Under the pieces are notes generated by a model. That model worked only from the letters and a program-made list of their open reading frames with translations. It did no database searches and had not been told where the DNA came from. From a virus (Duplodnaviria > Caudoviricetes), in IMG/VR virus record IMGVR_UViG_3300020595_000037, positions 1 to 61,518 of that record: DNA of 61,518 nt. One strand, written 5' to 3'. Positions within the stretch are counted from its first letter, which is position 1. Each line of letters begins with the position of its first letter. Both the position numbers and the translations under genes were made by a program. Of the stretch, positions 19,801 through 30,500 are shown piece by piece.

Positions 19801-21167
19801 CACCTTTCACGGGAAACTTAACTAATAATGATCCTATTTTTACAGACTGGATTTCAGGACCAAGCTTACCGGCTGTAACGGTTAGCGTTGGTGATAACAC
19901 TGGTGTTACTAGAGGAGCTGATAATGGTTCTGCTACAAATAATACAAGTCAAATAAAGTATAGTATAGTTTCTCAATCACCAGGTTCTTATTTTTCTATA
20001 GCTGATCCTTCTGTTGGCGTTGTTACAAAAAGTACAACAACACCACTAGGTGTTTATACTTTAAACTTAAAAGCTGAAGATGCTGTTGTGAGTGGTGTAG
20101 TACAAAATGGTTCGCTAAGCGTTACTAAACAACAAGTAATTACAGTTGGTGCGTTACAAATGAATACAAGTTCTAAATCAGGTTGCGAATCTAGTATTGT
20201 TCCTTCTCAAGGTATACCACCTATGTTTGGTGCTGTAGTACCACTTTCTGCAACTCAATCACAACCCCAAAGAGCAATATGGTATATAGCTAATGGAACT
20301 TTTACCAGTTCTAGTCCAGCTTCTGGTTATGCTTTAACTGATTTACCGGTTCAACCATCAACTAGCACAAGTGACTCTAACTTTTTATTTAGACTAGGAA
20401 CACCAAATAATTCAGCTTTATCAGTTGGAACTGTTGTATTTTCTTGTAATATGCAGCAGAAATATTCTAGCGGATCATCTGCTCCTAGGTCTGGTTCAAA
20501 AGTTCAATGGAAAGTTTATCACAGAGATAATGCCTCTGATGCAACATGGAGTCAATTAGCTGATATAAATAATTCTAATATTATTGCTGATGCGGAATTA
20601 ATAAACAACAGCTCTAATACTACTAAATACGCTTCAACAGCTTTTGCTTTTGACACAGTTGGTGAATACCTTATTGTTGCTGAAAATGCTTACCATACTT
20701 ATGCTGGTACGTTTAATGATTCATTAATTTTATGGGTTAATTCTGATGATTTATACTATGGTTCGTGTGTAGTTGAAAACGGTTCTCAAGTCTCACCATA
20801 CTCTACTAATCCAACAGCTTGGAATTATGAAATATCTAGTCATAAAACAGCATACGGTTGTTATGCTACTAGTACACCAAGATTTGCTCCAATGGCTTAT
20901 GCAGAATATGTTGATATATTTTACTTAAACAATACATTATCTTCACCAGCCAATGGTTCGACATATAACTATCCTAACTTCTTCGGTTTTGATGCTGCTT
21001 TTGGTAAACCTTTTGATCAGGTAAAAGTTTCAGCAAAATTTGATGCGGGTGGTATTAAAATAAGTGGAGATGCAAATACGTGTAGTGATAAACTTGCTAG
21101 ACCTTGTTCCTCTTCTTCATTACCTGTTTGTTCTAGACCTGTTCCAGGCGCAATAGGTTGGTTGTAA
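16857..21167 (+). CDS. Tail muzzle/stabilisation protein, N-terminal part with accessory domains
   Basis: KMNKDLDDRLIPNGEYRDARNI start, LLFWTDNRNQPRKIN, RFSYRFKFDD, NRIMYGN. Confidence 0.7.
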   Translation: MAEIKNSFLKSKMNKDLDDRLIPNGEYRDARNISVGRSEDDDIGALENIKGNTLVPGTNIGALQVIGYLTSNNSETIYLFLTNNSTASPGTSHYIYKYFNNSYTKILEGAFLNFSADNYITGVNLVEDLLFWTDNRNQPRKINVTKPFGYYFKENQISVAKYNPYEPIELLKTITATGTSTGVNLVLTAANTLIKKGMSVIVKNNSNVQKVDADKYIYVTNVSGTAVTLNVQPTDEAGNNYNIVNTDTITFLVTTMTGKDITYDFNDSNDWPGDPDFLQDLFVRFSYRFKFDDQEYSVMAPFTQPTFIPQQKGYFLEGDEDAAYRSTILDFMQNGVQNVELIIPLPDRQSKLGDGTLDTYKIVQLDILYKESDARAVKVLDSINVDNLNSSSNTYLYNYQSRKPYKTLPERQTVRVYDRVPVRALAQEVSGNRIMYGNFQSQHTPPATIDYNVGASAKNTTVFTNWAEYPNHTLKKNRNYQVGFILSDKFGRQSSVILSSVDDSAPTTLGGTTFGGSTFYHPYTSATQNLKQWFGDALKVVINTEITSSVNSDGEGAPGLYADQIGNGFNTTANSVGITSPFIYTFTLGSNAVDVPVLNSYLRGEFTDFVKVTNVDDTAAPIYTITTDGQVNNFLYSDNALNAPDTKYAYTITNTLGWYSYKVVVKQQEQDYYNCYLPGFLNGYPSTTGVTDPPVFPTTEDDKTAHTVLLNDNINKIPRDLNETSDQQKQFRSSVRLYGRVNNTATDNVQYFPVSTGTQTLPLAMTADTISTAFDLSMYSDDISTTNVPFYQLETNPFIARLATSNAGTTVVGLPNSSMTIQLSVAETEPVESLLQLFYETTTVGLIADLNADINTGFDGVAGLSALGYSHFENMAANTDISAVFKPQNNQGSDFLNTQIENVSMTVTDGNGLTRATGNLTDGFTGDFKLITSGTGYKLQTAVDTFVFSNAGFDSNKNSKETYNFNFTWTTVPASGGDTSSTPFTGNLTNNDPIFTDWISGPSLPAVTVSVGDNTGVTRGADNGSATNNTSQIKYSIVSQSPGSYFSIADPSVGVVTKSTTTPLGVYTLNLKAEDAVVSGVVQNGSLSVTKQQVITVGALQMNTSSKSGCESSIVPSQGIPPMFGAVVPLSATQSQPQRAIWYIANGTFTSSSPASGYALTDLPVQPSTSTSDSNFLFRLGTPNNSALSVGTVVFSCNMQQKYSSGSSAPRSGSKVQWKVYHRDNASDATWSQLADINNSNIIADAELINNSSNTTKYASTAFAFDTVGEYLIVAENAYHTYAGTFNDSLILWVNSDDLYYGSCVVENGSQVSPYSTNPTAWNYEISSHKTAYGCYATSTPRFAPMAYAEYVDIFYLNNTLSSPANGSTYNYPNFFGFDAAFGKPFDQVKVSAKFDAGGIKISGDANTCSDKLARPCSSSSLPVCSRPVPGAIGWL

Positions 21168-21199
21168 TAATAACAAAAAATAAGTGATAATAAAATAAT

Positions 21200-22564
21200 A
21201 TGGCTGCTACTTTAGAATTAAAATATTTTAACTCATACTGGTTGAAGAAAATATCAAGTGTTGTAGATGCTAACCCACAGCCTATAAAACCATATGACAC
21301 TATACCTGGAGGTAATGCTAATGCAACACCAGCTGTTGCGCCTTATGCTAATGACAATGCAACTGACTGGTTTATTGAAGAGTCTAGAATTAGAGGAGGT
21401 TATAATAACACATCGACAGATATAGGTGTGAAAGCTCACATAGTGGAAGATAACCCTAACAACCAAAATAGATTTAATGCCTTGATATATTCAGGCGTAT
21501 TTAATTCTAGAACAGGAGTTAATCAAACAAATGAGTTTTCTGTTGGTGAAGACATAACTAGAGGTGTAGATCCAGCACATGGACAAATAATGAAACTTTA
21601 TGCTGAAGATACTAATTTAATTATATTTCAAGAAGATAAAGTAAATAAAGCTTTAATAGATAAAGATGCTATATACACTGCTGAAGGCCAACCTTTGACA
21701 GCTTCTGGTAGAATGATTATAGGACAAATAGTACCTTATAAAGGTAAATACGGAATAGCTCAAGATCCTTTTAGCTTTGCTGTATATGGTTATAGAAAAT
21801 ACTTTACAGATAGAAGAAGAGGTTGCGTGTTAAGACTAACAACCGGTGGTGAAATTATAGAAATATCAGGTTATGGTATGCAAGACTTTTTTAGAGACAA
21901 GCTAACACAAAATGGTATAACTAATATAGTAGGTGGTTGGGACAATCATACTAAAAACTATATATTATCTATACAAACAGCTTCAGATTATGACACTGCT
22001 AGTTTTGATGAAACAGTACAGGGTTGGACTAGTTTCTTTGATTTTAAACCAAGCTTTATGTTTAGTTTAACTTCAACTTTCTTTTCTACTAATAGTGGCA
22101 AGCTTTACAGTCATTATGGAAGTAGTGCACATGGAAGATTCTACGATGCGCCTAACAATGTATTTGCTTCAACAGTTAAAGTTATATTAAACGGTTCTCC
22201 ATCAACAGTCAAAGTGTTTAAAACAATTAATTATGAAGGTAATAATGATTGGACTGTATCAAATGTTGTAGCAAGTTCTGGAGATATAGCTCAAGTACCT
22301 ATTGCTAAATACGGAAATGTTCCTACTAGTTTAACTGCTTTAGAAAACGAAATGTTTACTAACAAGTTTAAAAGAAAAGAAAATAAATACTTTGCTAATT
22401 TAATAAATACTTCACCCGTGACTCCTGGTGAAATACTTTTTGGTGCAAGTATGACAGGTGTAAAAGGATTTTTTACAACTTTTGAATTTAGCTTAGACAA
22501 TAGTATAAACCAAAAAAGAGAATTATTTGCAGTATCTTCTGACACTGTAGAATCATCATATTAA
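21200..22564 (+). CDS. Tail muzzle/stabilisation protein, C-terminal-like part
   Basis: G.I.KL.AEDTNLIIFQEDKV, YGI...P.SFA, YFTD..RG.VLRL, GWTSF, KVFKTINYEG, KENKYFA. Confidence 0.65.
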   Translation: MAATLELKYFNSYWLKKISSVVDANPQPIKPYDTIPGGNANATPAVAPYANDNATDWFIEESRIRGGYNNTSTDIGVKAHIVEDNPNNQNRFNALIYSGVFNSRTGVNQTNEFSVGEDITRGVDPAHGQIMKLYAEDTNLIIFQEDKVNKALIDKDAIYTAEGQPLTASGRMIIGQIVPYKGKYGIAQDPFSFAVYGYRKYFTDRRRGCVLRLTTGGEIIEISGYGMQDFFRDKLTQNGITNIVGGWDNHTKNYILSIQTASDYDTASFDETVQGWTSFFDFKPSFMFSLTSTFFSTNSGKLYSHYGSSAHGRFYDAPNNVFASTVKVILNGSPSTVKVFKTINYEGNNDWTVSNVVASSGDIAQVPIAKYGNVPTSLTALENEMFTNKFKRKENKYFANLINTSPVTPGEILFGASMTGVKGFFTTFEFSLDNSINQKRELFAVSSDTVESSY

Positions 22565-22570
22565 AAGATT

Positions 22571-23428
22571 ATGGAAGAAGTTTTAAATATATTATACGAA
22601 TTTTTATTTGCCGCACCAGAAGGGGTAAACATAGGTATAGCACCTATGGTAGCTGGCGCTATTCTAAGCGGTGCTGGTAAAATTATAGGTGGAATATTTG
22701 GTTCAGGTAGAGCAAGAAGAGCTAGAAGAAGAGCTGAAGCTGAAAAAAGAAGATTAACAGGAGAGTTAAAAAGCTTGGAAAATGGTAGACAGAAAGTAAT
22801 AAATCCATATTCAAACACTAAAGATTTAAGTTCACTAGCTAAAGATTTAAGTGGTAAGCTAAGTAATCCATATGCTAATTTAAGTGTAGCAACAGGCGCA
22901 TCTAAAATGCAAGCTGAAGAAGCGGATATTGCTTTAGCAAATACTTTAGATACATTAAGATCGTCTGGAGCAAGTGCTGGTGGTGCTACTGCGTTGGCTC
23001 AAGCGGCATTGCAAAGCAAAAAAGGTGTTGCAGCTAATATAGAACAGCAAGAGGCTTCTAATGAAAAAATGAGAGCACAAGGTGAGCAATACTTACAGCA
23101 AGCTGAAATAGGTGAGCAAAGAAGATTACAACAAATACAAATAAGTGAAGGTCAAAGAACTCAACAAGCAGATGCAGCTGGTAGATCATTTAAATTTAAT
23201 GCACAGGAAAGAAGAAAAGATGCTCAAATAAACTTCACAAGAGGTCAAATAAATCAACAAACACAAAGAGCACAACAAGCATATGACCAAGGTACACAAG
23301 CAATAACTGGAGCGATAACCGGTGGGTTTGGTGCTTTAGGTGATATAGCTAGTGCCGGTGGATTTTTTAAAGGTGGAGCAGAAGGTGCAAAAGCAGCAGG
23401 TTATAATTTGGCAGGTTCAAACAAATAA
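22571..23428 (+). CDS. Putative internal/ejection protein
   Basis: Gly/Ala-rich ends with Gln/Ala-rich coiled coil; the start may be the internal Met of MVAGAIL. Confidence 0.55.
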   Translation: MEEVLNILYEFLFAAPEGVNIGIAPMVAGAILSGAGKIIGGIFGSGRARRARRRAEAEKRRLTGELKSLENGRQKVINPYSNTKDLSSLAKDLSGKLSNPYANLSVATGASKMQAEEADIALANTLDTLRSSGASAGGATALAQAALQSKKGVAANIEQQEASNEKMRAQGEQYLQQAEIGEQRRLQQIQISEGQRTQQADAAGRSFKFNAQERRKDAQINFTRGQINQQTQRAQQAYDQGTQAITGAITGGFGALGDIASAGGFFKGGAEGAKAAGYNLAGSNK

Positions 23429-23434
23429 AATAGT

Positions 23435-24520
23435 ATGGCAATAAAAGAAAAATTAATAGAAAACAAAAAGCTTAATGAGCAAATTAAATTTGCCATATCA
23501 GAGCTTCAATCTAGACTTTCATACGAGCTTGGTTATAGCGATAGCAAAGTAAAACCTATTGATTATGCTGAATTATATGATCCATTTGTAAAACACTACG
23601 CAGATATACAACTTGCTTTAACACAAGGTACAAGTGAAAACCCTGTAGAAGATAGAAAATATATTGATATAATAAGTGGTAGTGTACAGGTTATTAAAAC
23701 GGGTTTAGAAAATATCATGAGTAATACAGAAGTTTGGCCTGAAATGGTACAAAAAGCTGGTGTTATGGGTGGTTTAGACATGATGGGAACACCTGTAAGC
23801 AGGTTTCTTTGTTTAAGCATACTAAACGGTGATTTAGAAGGAGAAGTGCAGATTAAAGCTATTGATAATAACTTAAATAAATTAGCTTGGGAAATATATG
23901 AAAAAGACGGAAGATTTGTAGAGAGAATTTATTTAAACAAATTAAATGAGTTATCTGAGAAACAGGACATGTTTGTAAGTATACCTAGTACATTAGAAGC
24001 AAATGAAAACTTTAAACTATCTAATCCTGATATATTTGAACAAGAGCAGGTTGGTAGCGATGAAAGCAACATATCATTAACAGGTGGTGTTACAGAAGTT
24101 TACAGAAAAAAGAAAGCTGATGGATCTCTAGATATTAAAACAAAAGATCTTGATGCTAACATGGTACAAGAATTTTATATCATAGATAAAGATTTAATAG
24201 GTGAAAGCTTACAGTTTAATCTTCAGATGGATAAAATTACAGCTGGTTTACTTGAAGAGTTTCAAAGCTTTGACCAAGTAATAGCATTTAACAACAATAT
24301 TATAGCTGAAGTAACAGATCATTATTTACCAACAGCTAAAGCGCTTAGAGACAATCAACAAAAAAGATTTCAAGAAGATTATAAAAAATGGTTTTTAGAA
24401 ACTCAAATAGGTGAAGAGTATCCTATGGGACCACCTAAATCTAAACAACAAGAAGAACAGCCTATGCAACAACCTCAAGTTGCGCAAGAAGAAATAGTTG
24501 AAGAGCAAGTAGTATCCTAA
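23435..24520 (+). CDS. Acidic hypothetical protein, possible ejection protein
   Basis: 361-aa ORF between the ejection-like gene and the giant gene. Confidence 0.55.
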   Translation: MAIKEKLIENKKLNEQIKFAISELQSRLSYELGYSDSKVKPIDYAELYDPFVKHYADIQLALTQGTSENPVEDRKYIDIISGSVQVIKTGLENIMSNTEVWPEMVQKAGVMGGLDMMGTPVSRFLCLSILNGDLEGEVQIKAIDNNLNKLAWEIYEKDGRFVERIYLNKLNELSEKQDMFVSIPSTLEANENFKLSNPDIFEQEQVGSDESNISLTGGVTEVYRKKKADGSLDIKTKDLDANMVQEFYIIDKDLIGESLQFNLQMDKITAGLLEEFQSFDQVIAFNNNIIAEVTDHYLPTAKALRDNQQKRFQEDYKKWFLETQIGEEYPMGPPKSKQQEEQPMQQPQVAQEEIVEEQVVS

Positions 24521-24529
24521 ATTTAATCA

Positions 24530-27500
24530 ATGGCAAACTGTAAAGAGTTACACGTAATAGGATCCCAAGCATACAAAGATTGTTTGGAGAAAAACAAAGA
24601 AAAAGACGAAGAAGTTGTAGAAGTTGTTGAAGATGAAGTTATTGAGGATACTGATCCTAATATTGAAAGAATAGCTTTAAATGAGCAGGTAATTTTATCT
24701 AATGAATCTAATGCTAAAGTTTTTGGAGAAGATGTTTTTACTCATGATTTAAGTTTAATTGATACTAAAAAGCTTTTTGATAAAATTGATACGCAAGAGT
24801 TTAAACCTGAAATAAATTTATTTGGATTTTTTAACAAACCATTTGACGAAACTGTAGGTTATAATTCATTAGAGAAAATGGATGAAAATGACATGAATTT
24901 ACCTACATTTCCTCTTTCTTTAGATATGACGCCAAGGCAACAGGCTTTTGTAGATCGTGTCGCTTCACAAGATGTTAGAGATATTGTGTTAAGTAACATG
25001 GCCAATGATAAAATATCCAAATCTTTACTTGATTGTAGAGATGGTATTCAAAGATGTTTTGATAAAATATATGATAATATAGATAATCAAGGTTTAAGAT
25101 ATTTAAAAGGAGATCAAAAAAGAATAGCAGAATTAAATTTAGAATTACAAAAAGCAGTTAAAAGTGGAGATCAAGATCTTGTTAGAGAAGTAAAAAAAGA
25201 TTTAATTAAAGTTAGAGGTAAGCAAAATAATAATAAATCTCAAATATTTGACCCTGAAGAAGGTGGAAAATTTAAATCTGTAAAGTATGTTGATGGTGAA
25301 TTAGATCCAGGTGATCTTTCTGATACAGCTATAGAAATAGAAGAAAACGCACTTACTTTAATTCAAAAAAATCGTGTTGAAAACAATGGAGATGTAGGTG
25401 TTTTACAGACTCAACAAACTAAACTTTATTATGAGTTAATATCGTTGAGTGATATTATTGTAAAAAACTACGATAAAGTTTCTAAAGGAAAAGATAAAGG
25501 AGTTACTCAAGAAGCGGTAGAAAAATGGTCTAATTTTTTTAATGGTAAAAATAGTTTAGAAGCTATAAAAAAAATGTCTGAAACTGGTATATTACCAAAA
25601 GATTTAAGATTAGATTATTTTTCTGAAGGTAATGGAACTATACTAGGTGACGCTTTTAATGAAAAAATAAAAGAATTTTTAGTATCATCAAGAGCTTTAC
25701 TATTAAATGAAAATCCTATAGATGAAGAAGAAAATGTTGTATTAGAAGGTTTTAATAGAAAATTTAAAGATTTTACTGGTTATAATATACTTAATCAAAA
25801 CGATGATAAGGTTGTTTTTCAAACTTATAACAAGCTTTTAGGTGATGTTGGTGTGGGTTTTGTAGATCAAATAAAGCAAGATCAAAGATTATACACTAGT
25901 ATTGCTGAATTAAGTTATAATACTACTTTAGATTTAGTTCCATTGATAACAGCAATGTATGGTCAAAATAAAATTAAAGGTTTTAAAAATATAGTTAATT
26001 CAGTTGGAAAAGTAGGTAATTATATAAATAAATCTTTTAATCCAAATAATTCTAAAACAATATCTACAGTAATAAACACCGTATTTGGTCTTGATGGAAA
26101 AGGTTCTTCAGGTATTAAAGAGATGATAAAATTAGGATCTGCTGATACTATATTAGAAACTCTTGTTGGTCAAGAGCCTATGCCTGCCGAATTTGGTTTT
26201 ATATTAGGTTCTACTAACTCCTTAATGGAACAAAAAATGGTGCAAGGTAGTTTGCTTAGATTAGCAAATAAAATACCTGCTGTAAAATATATATATGGAA
26301 GTCAAAGTGGAAGAAAATTAGTAAATACACTAATTGGAGCAGGAGGTGGTACTGGTGCTATGACTTTTACTGAAGCTGCACAATATGCTTTAAAAGAAGG
26401 TATTTGGGGAGAAAGCGAATATAACTCATTTGCAGAGGTTTTTATGTCACCTAACGCAATGGGTGAAAATCCTACAGAACCTAAGCTAGGTAAATTACTT
26501 TCTTTATATGTTTCTTTTGCTGCTATTGGTTTAGGTCAATCTTCTACAGCTAAAGCTATATATGCTGATTTAAAAAAGATAGATCGTAATAGTGGTAATA
26601 AACAAAGAATAAAAACTATAAATGATTTATCTAAAGGTTCGGTTATTGAAGTAGATGGTAAAAAAGCTTTTAGTGACATACAGATAAAAGATTTAAATTC
26701 AGAAAAAAATATACAAAGTGCTACAGAAAAAGCTATAGGAAATATTAAAAAAGATAAAAATCTTACTGACGTAGAAAAAATTAAAAAAATACAAGAAATA
26801 ACTGAAGCATCGGAATATTTAATGGTGTCTAGAGAATATGGTCTTGTTATGGATAGTTTTGCAAAAAGTGAAACATATAGTAGAACTATAGAAAAAGAAA
26901 GTGGAAAAGTAATACAGAAATTAACACAAGGGGGTAATGGTTTGTTTTCTTTAGAAGCAAAAGATATTGATTTTATTTCAGGTACGGATCCAATAATGCT
27001 TGCTAAAAGCTTAATGAAACAAAATCCAAATCTTTCACCTAGAAAAGCAAAGTATACTGCAATAGACATGCAACAAAAAGCATTGTTTATTTCTAATACT
27101 GCAACTAATTTTGTAGGTAATCAAAGAACTGGTGAAGGTGGAAAATTAAGAAATGAAATTATTAACGTTTTAAAAGAATCTCAAAAAATTGGAGAAGAAA
27201 TAATAACTTTATCTAAACCTGAGAATAGAAAGAAAAATGGTATAGCAGGAGATCTTAAGATTGAAAAAGCTAAAGCCAAGCTTGAAGAGTTAAAAATAAA
27301 ACTTCAAGAGCAAGAAAATAACGCTTCTGATTTAGCTGAAGCAAGAGCAATAGAAAAAGCTGCTTTTTTTGGAGATGCTAATGTTAAAGTAAATATACTT
27401 ACTGGGAAAGATTATAAAGATAAAGGCTACGAACCTAGTGAAGGTGTTTTTATACAAAAAAGTGGAGAAATAGATATAAATATCAACAAAATAAGAGAAA

Positions 27501-30500
27501 CTAAATCTCAAAATATTGTAGTGCATGAGGTTGGTCATAAAATAGTTTTAAATCAATTAAAAGATTTAAATGGAAATTTAACATCTTCTGGTGAAAGAAT
27601 TCTTACACAATTTAAAGAACTAATACCACAACAGCAAAGAAAAATAGTTGAAAGCGCTTTGAAGAGAAATTATAAAAATGATTCTAAAAGTAAACAATTA
27701 GAAGAATTTTTTACAATATTTAGTGAAAAATTTGCTGATGGTGAAATTATTTTACCAGGTGAAACGAGAAAAATAGAAGGAATAAATAATGCTTCAGATT
27801 TACTTAATCTTGTTAGAAGAGTACAAGGTGAACTTGGTCTTATATATGATGGTAAAACAGATAAGTTTAGTGCTAACTTACTTGAAGCAATAGAACTTGG
27901 TGCTAAAAATGCTAAAGTAGAAGGAGCTCAGTATAAAAAAATAGAATTTGATCCTAAAACAAAATTATCTTTACAGATAAACCCATTGGTTACAACAGAA
28001 ACGGTAGTTGATTTTCAAAAAAGAGATTATTTTAATATATCAGAAAATATTAGAAATGGATCATTTGATCTTTTAATGCCAGAAGGTTTAAATTCAAAAC
28101 AAAGAGAAATAATAAGAGAAAGACTTAGTGAAAGATTAATTAATTACGATCCATCTAAATCTGCTTTAAACACTTGGCTTATAAACAATATTGAATTCTC
28201 TAGAAAAGATGCAAATAAAAGATTGTATGAAGAAAGTAAAGGGCCTGATTATTTAGAAGAAAACTATAAAGAAGCCGCTTCTGTTTTAGATGGTCAAAAC
28301 ACTTTTGAAATATCAGGTGAAGCTCCAGCTTTACAAAGATCTACAATTAAAAAAATATTAAATTTACAACCTACTGAAATAGACAATGTAAAACGTAGTA
28401 TAGCTAAAATTGTATTTGGTAAAGAATCAGTTCAAGGTTTAGAAAATTTAACTAGAAAAGATATACAATCTATAAGACAAGAGTTTTTAAAATCTGAAAC
28501 AGGTGATGGAACTAAAATTAGAAAAATAGTTTTAAATAAAATAAATGAACTTGGTAAAAATGGTCTGTCAACAACTAGTGGTGTAGAATTAGTTCATAGT
28601 GGTATTTCTTTATCAAGAATGTCAAACTCTTTAAAAGGTGGTGGTAAAGGTTATGATATATTTTTAGAGCCAGTGTTGAAAGAAAATGGAGAACAAGCTA
28701 GATATAGTGTAGAAGAAGCTAATAAATTAGGTATAGCACTAGATAAAAGTGGTTCAGGACCTTTGAAATATAAGAAAAGACCATTAAGTGATTTTATAAA
28801 AGATGGTGTGCCTACGCAAGAATACTTGAATTGGATACAAGGAAAAGATATAGCTTCAGGTGCAAGAGGTAGAAAAAATTCATTAGTAAATGAAATAACA
28901 GGTGAACTTGGTATGGAAGCAATGCTTTCAACAATGGTAGATCAAAAAATTGTTATACCACCTGTATTAGATGTTAATGGTAAAGTTATAGAACCTGCAA
29001 GAACAGAAGATTTATTTCCAAACGCTACACCTGAACAAAAAATAAAAATGGCAACAGATGCTATTGTAAATTTTGTAGGTGATAAGGTTTCTAGAGTTTA
29101 TAAAAATACTCAAAACTTGTTATATTCTAAAAAAGATTTTACTAAGTTTAATGCAGATATACAAGGTATAACCGGTAAAGATGGTCTTATAGACATGACC
29201 AAGTTTGCTGAAATATTTAATAAACAAGGTAAAGATTTTCAAAAACTATTTAATGAATCACTACCTGGTAATGATTTTGTAGCTTATATAAATAGTTTAA
29301 ATGTTAAAAAAATAGAGGAAATGTTGCCTCTGTTAGAAACAGAACTAAAAAAAGGTAGTCCAGAGTATTATGCTGAAGTTGCTAACGTTTTAAAAGAACA
29401 AACAAACTTTAAAAGATATTTAAACAAAATAGGTGTAGAATATACTCCAGAAAAAGATTTAGTTAAGCCTGAGTTTAATGCTGATGGAACAAAAAATTCT
29501 CAAAATATAGTTAGAACCAAAGGTTGGATGAAAAGCTTTATAAAACAATTTGGACCTTGGGGTGAATTAACAAAAACACAGCAAAACTATATACTTGGAA
29601 CTGTTGGGTTTGGAAAAAACTTAAGAAAAGAATTAGGTTTAGTTAAAGGTGATAGAACTAGAGAGCAAATGTTAATTGACGCTTTTGGAAAAGACGTATT
29701 AACAGGTGAAAGAACAGTTGAACTACCTGATGTGTATCAGGTTGCTTATAATCAAACTACTAAAACTAAATTTGAAGAACTAATAAAGGATAAAGACAAG
29801 TATACGCCTAAAGAGTTAAGAGATAAAATGGTAAAGCTTTTAATACCTAAAGGAAAAGGTGTTGAGTATTTTGAAACAATGGTTGCTAACAATACTAAAG
29901 CTGTTAATTCAACTTTAGAAGGTTTTTTAAATATGTATGAAAAAAGCTCTAATAAAACTAGAACTTTTGAAGATATTACCAACATGTTAAAATTACAGAC
30001 AAATCACAATTCTGGTATAAAAGGTTTGTTTCCTATAACTTCTATTCTTTTAGAAGCAAAAGGATCTGTTAATAAAAAAGGTGAAATAACTAATAAAAAA
30101 TTACACTTTGAACATAATAAAGAATTATTTAATTTTAGTAAATCTTTTCTTGAAATACTAAAAAGCGATAGAACTTTAGAAGCTAAAAAAGAATTAATAG
30201 AAAAATTATCTAAAGATGCTACTCAATCTATAATAAGTGAGCAAATGAGGTTTGAAAAAGATGCTGATGGAAGAACTGTGTCTGGTTCTTTAGATGCAGA
30301 TATGGCAACTTATGGATATAGAGAAGGTGCAGCTGGAAACGCAATAGATCTTTTAAATCCTTATGGTGGAACTGTAGCTCAAAAAATACAAAATAAATTA
30401 AAAACAAAAATTGTAAATAATTTAATAAAATTAGATACTAAAGGTAATAAAAATATAATTATGCCAAAACCTGAAAATGGTTTGATTTTTGAAAGAAATT

